Assembly (NCBI GenBank): GCA_036689315.1 | Contig: CP144790.1 | Span: 169,632 to 233,631 of the forward strand | Origin: Candidatus Stammera capleta | GTDB taxonomy: Bacteria > Pseudomonadota > Gammaproteobacteria > Enterobacterales > Enterobacteriaceae | Direction: 5' to 3' | DNA: 64,000 nt | Shown: positions 62,823 through 64,000 of the stretch, in pieces | Layout of the letters: the number at the start of each line of letters is the position of its first letter | How positions within the stretch are numbered: position 1 is the first letter of the stretch | Made by a program: the position numbers and the translations under genes | The notes under the pieces: generated by a model | What the model was told of the DNA's origin: nothing | Database searches by the model: none | What the model saw: the letters and a program-made list of their open reading frames with translations, nothing else

Positions 62823-63500
62823 ATGTATAGAATAAATAAATTACAAAATAAAATAAAATATAAATTTAAAAATAAAAAAATATTAATTCTTTCTCTAACA
62901 CATAGAAGTTACAGTATTAATCATAATGAAAGACTAGAATTTTTAGGAGATTCAATTTTAAATTTTATAATAACAAAAAAAATATATAAAAAATTCTTTT
63001 TAGAAAAAGAAGGATATATGACAAGAATTAGATCAAATCTAGTAAATAGAGAAAATTTATTAAAAATTGCACAAAAACTAGAATTAAATAAATATATTTT
63101 ATTAGGACAAGGAGAAATAAAAATGAAAGGACAATATAAAAAATCAATATTATCAAATACAGTAGAAGCTATTATAGGTGGTATATTTTTGGATAGTAAT
63201 AATATAAAAATAGTAGAAAATATAATTAATAAATTATTTTTTAAAAATAATAAATTTTTTTACATAAAAAAAAATTCAAAAGATTTTAAAACATTATTAC
63301 AAGAATATTTACAAAAATTAAAATTACCTTTACCTAAATATTTAGTTGTAAATAAACAAGGAAAAGATCACGAAAAAAAATTTACTGTACAATGTAAAAT
63401 TAAATATTTAAAAAAAATTACAGAAGGAAAAGGTAATAATAAAAAAAAAGCTGAACAAATAGCAGCAAAAAAAGCTTTGATAAATTTAGGATTAATTTAA
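62823..63500 (+). CDS. rnc: Ribonuclease III
   Basis: The ATG at 62823 gives 225 aa (E. coli 226). Motifs: SLTHRS, NERLEFLGDSILN, and a dsRBD C-terminus (GKDHEKKFTVQC...GKGNNKKKAEQIAAKKAL). The track start at TTG 62793 overlaps lepB and is unlikely. Confidence 0.9.
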   Translation: MYRINKLQNKIKYKFKNKKILILSLTHRSYSINHNERLEFLGDSILNFIITKKIYKKFFLEKEGYMTRIRSNLVNRENLLKIAQKLELNKYILLGQGEIKMKGQYKKSILSNTVEAIIGGIFLDSNNIKIVENIINKLFFKNNKFFYIKKNSKDFKTLLQEYLQKLKLPLPKYLVVNKQGKDHEKKFTVQCKIKYLKKITEGKGNNKKKAEQIAAKKALINLGLI

Positions 63501-63520
63501 TATAAAAAATTTTAATTAAA

Positions 63521-64000
63521 ATGAATAATTTTTCAGAAAAAAAAAATGCCTATATACCAATAATAGGAAAAACTAATGTAGGAAAATCTACTATTTTTAA
63601 TAAATTAATTAATAAAAAAATATCAATTACTTCTTCAAAAAAAAATACAACACAAAAAAATATTATCGGAATAAAAACAAAAAAAAATAATCAATATATA
63701 TATATTGATACTCCTGGTTTTAGTAAAAATAAAAATCAAAAAAAATATATTTTTTTAGTTATAAAAAATATTAAAATTTATTTTAATATAAAAAAAATAA
63801 ATATAATATTTTTTATTATTGAAAATTTTATTAGTTTTTATGAAATAATATTAATAAAAGAATTAGAAAAAACAAAAATACCTTTATTATTATTAATAAA
63901 TAAAATAGATAAAATTAAAGATAAAAAAAAATTATTACCATTAATAAATAAAATAAAAGAAAAAAATAAATATATACATACAATATTTCCAATATCAAAA
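63521..64000 (+). CDS. era: GTPase Era (5' partial, runs off the window)
   Basis: ATG 63521. YIPIIGKTNVGKSTIFNKLINKKISITSSKKNTTQ..IIGI...IYIDTPGF matches Era G1-G3. Position is downstream of rnc. Confidence 0.88.
   Translation, partial: MNNFSEKKNAYIPIIGKTNVGKSTIFNKLINKKISITSSKKNTTQKNIIGIKTKKNNQYIYIDTPGFSKNKNQKKYIFLVIKNIKIYFNIKKINIIFFIIENFISFYEIILIKELEKTKIPLLLLINKIDKIKDKKKLLPLINKIKEKNKYIHTIFPISK

Noticed and set aside
1-64000. Searched by eye for CRISPR arrays, IS or transposase genes, integrases, phage genes, toxin-antitoxin pairs, restriction-modification or other defence genes, rRNA or other structured RNAs, and long dispersed repeats.
   Set aside because: None found. Every ORF of meaningful length is accounted for by a conserved housekeeping gene. 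The only GC-rich islands are the two tRNAs. Intergenic spacers are short (mostly under 180 nt).

Overview
This window is extremely AT-rich (by eye well under 20% GC). The proteins are dominated by Lys, Asn, Ile, Phe and Tyr, and the region is gene-dense on both strands. That is the signature of a highly reduced obligate endosymbiont. Protein sequences and gene order point to gammaproteobacterial, Enterobacterales-like ancestry. Conserved blocks include rnpA-yidC-mnmE, sufBCDSE, acpP-rpmF-rluC/rne, leuS-holA, recC-recB-recD, thrS-infC-rpmI-rplT-pheS-pheT, fbaA-pgk, speE-speD, map/rpsB-tsf and lepA-lepB-rnc-era. I cannot name the organism from sequence alone.

I call 59 protein-coding loci (one likely a pseudogene) and 2 tRNAs. 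I see no rRNA, IS element, prophage, CRISPR array or recognisable defence or toxin island.

Two genome-wide properties control how the ORF track must be read:
- In-frame TGA codons fall at conserved Trp positions in many genes. The roughly 20 genes that look split are intact under translation table 4 (UGA = Trp).
- Very long A/T homopolymers (9-17 nt) lie inside genes. Six of them break the reading frame: rluD, sufE, a pta-like remnant, recB, thrS and pheS. Equally long tracts are in frame in rpsB, leuS and a PAP2 phosphatase.

Other oddities:
- acpP carries a 3' (AAAGAT)10 microsatellite that encodes a (Lys-Asp)10 tail.
- The transaldolase ORF is full length, but the Schiff-base Lys and the catalytic Glu are substituted.
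- A Pta homologue ends at the boundary of its N-terminal domain.
- The LeuRS and ThrRS editing sites look degraded.
- A signal-peptide-bearing single-HKD (Nuc-like) nuclease is present.
- A very well conserved FNR is retained.

I found no convincing novel multi-gene system. The findings concern recoding, homopolymer-dependent expression and domain-level erosion. All residue numbering for E. coli orthologues is from memory.
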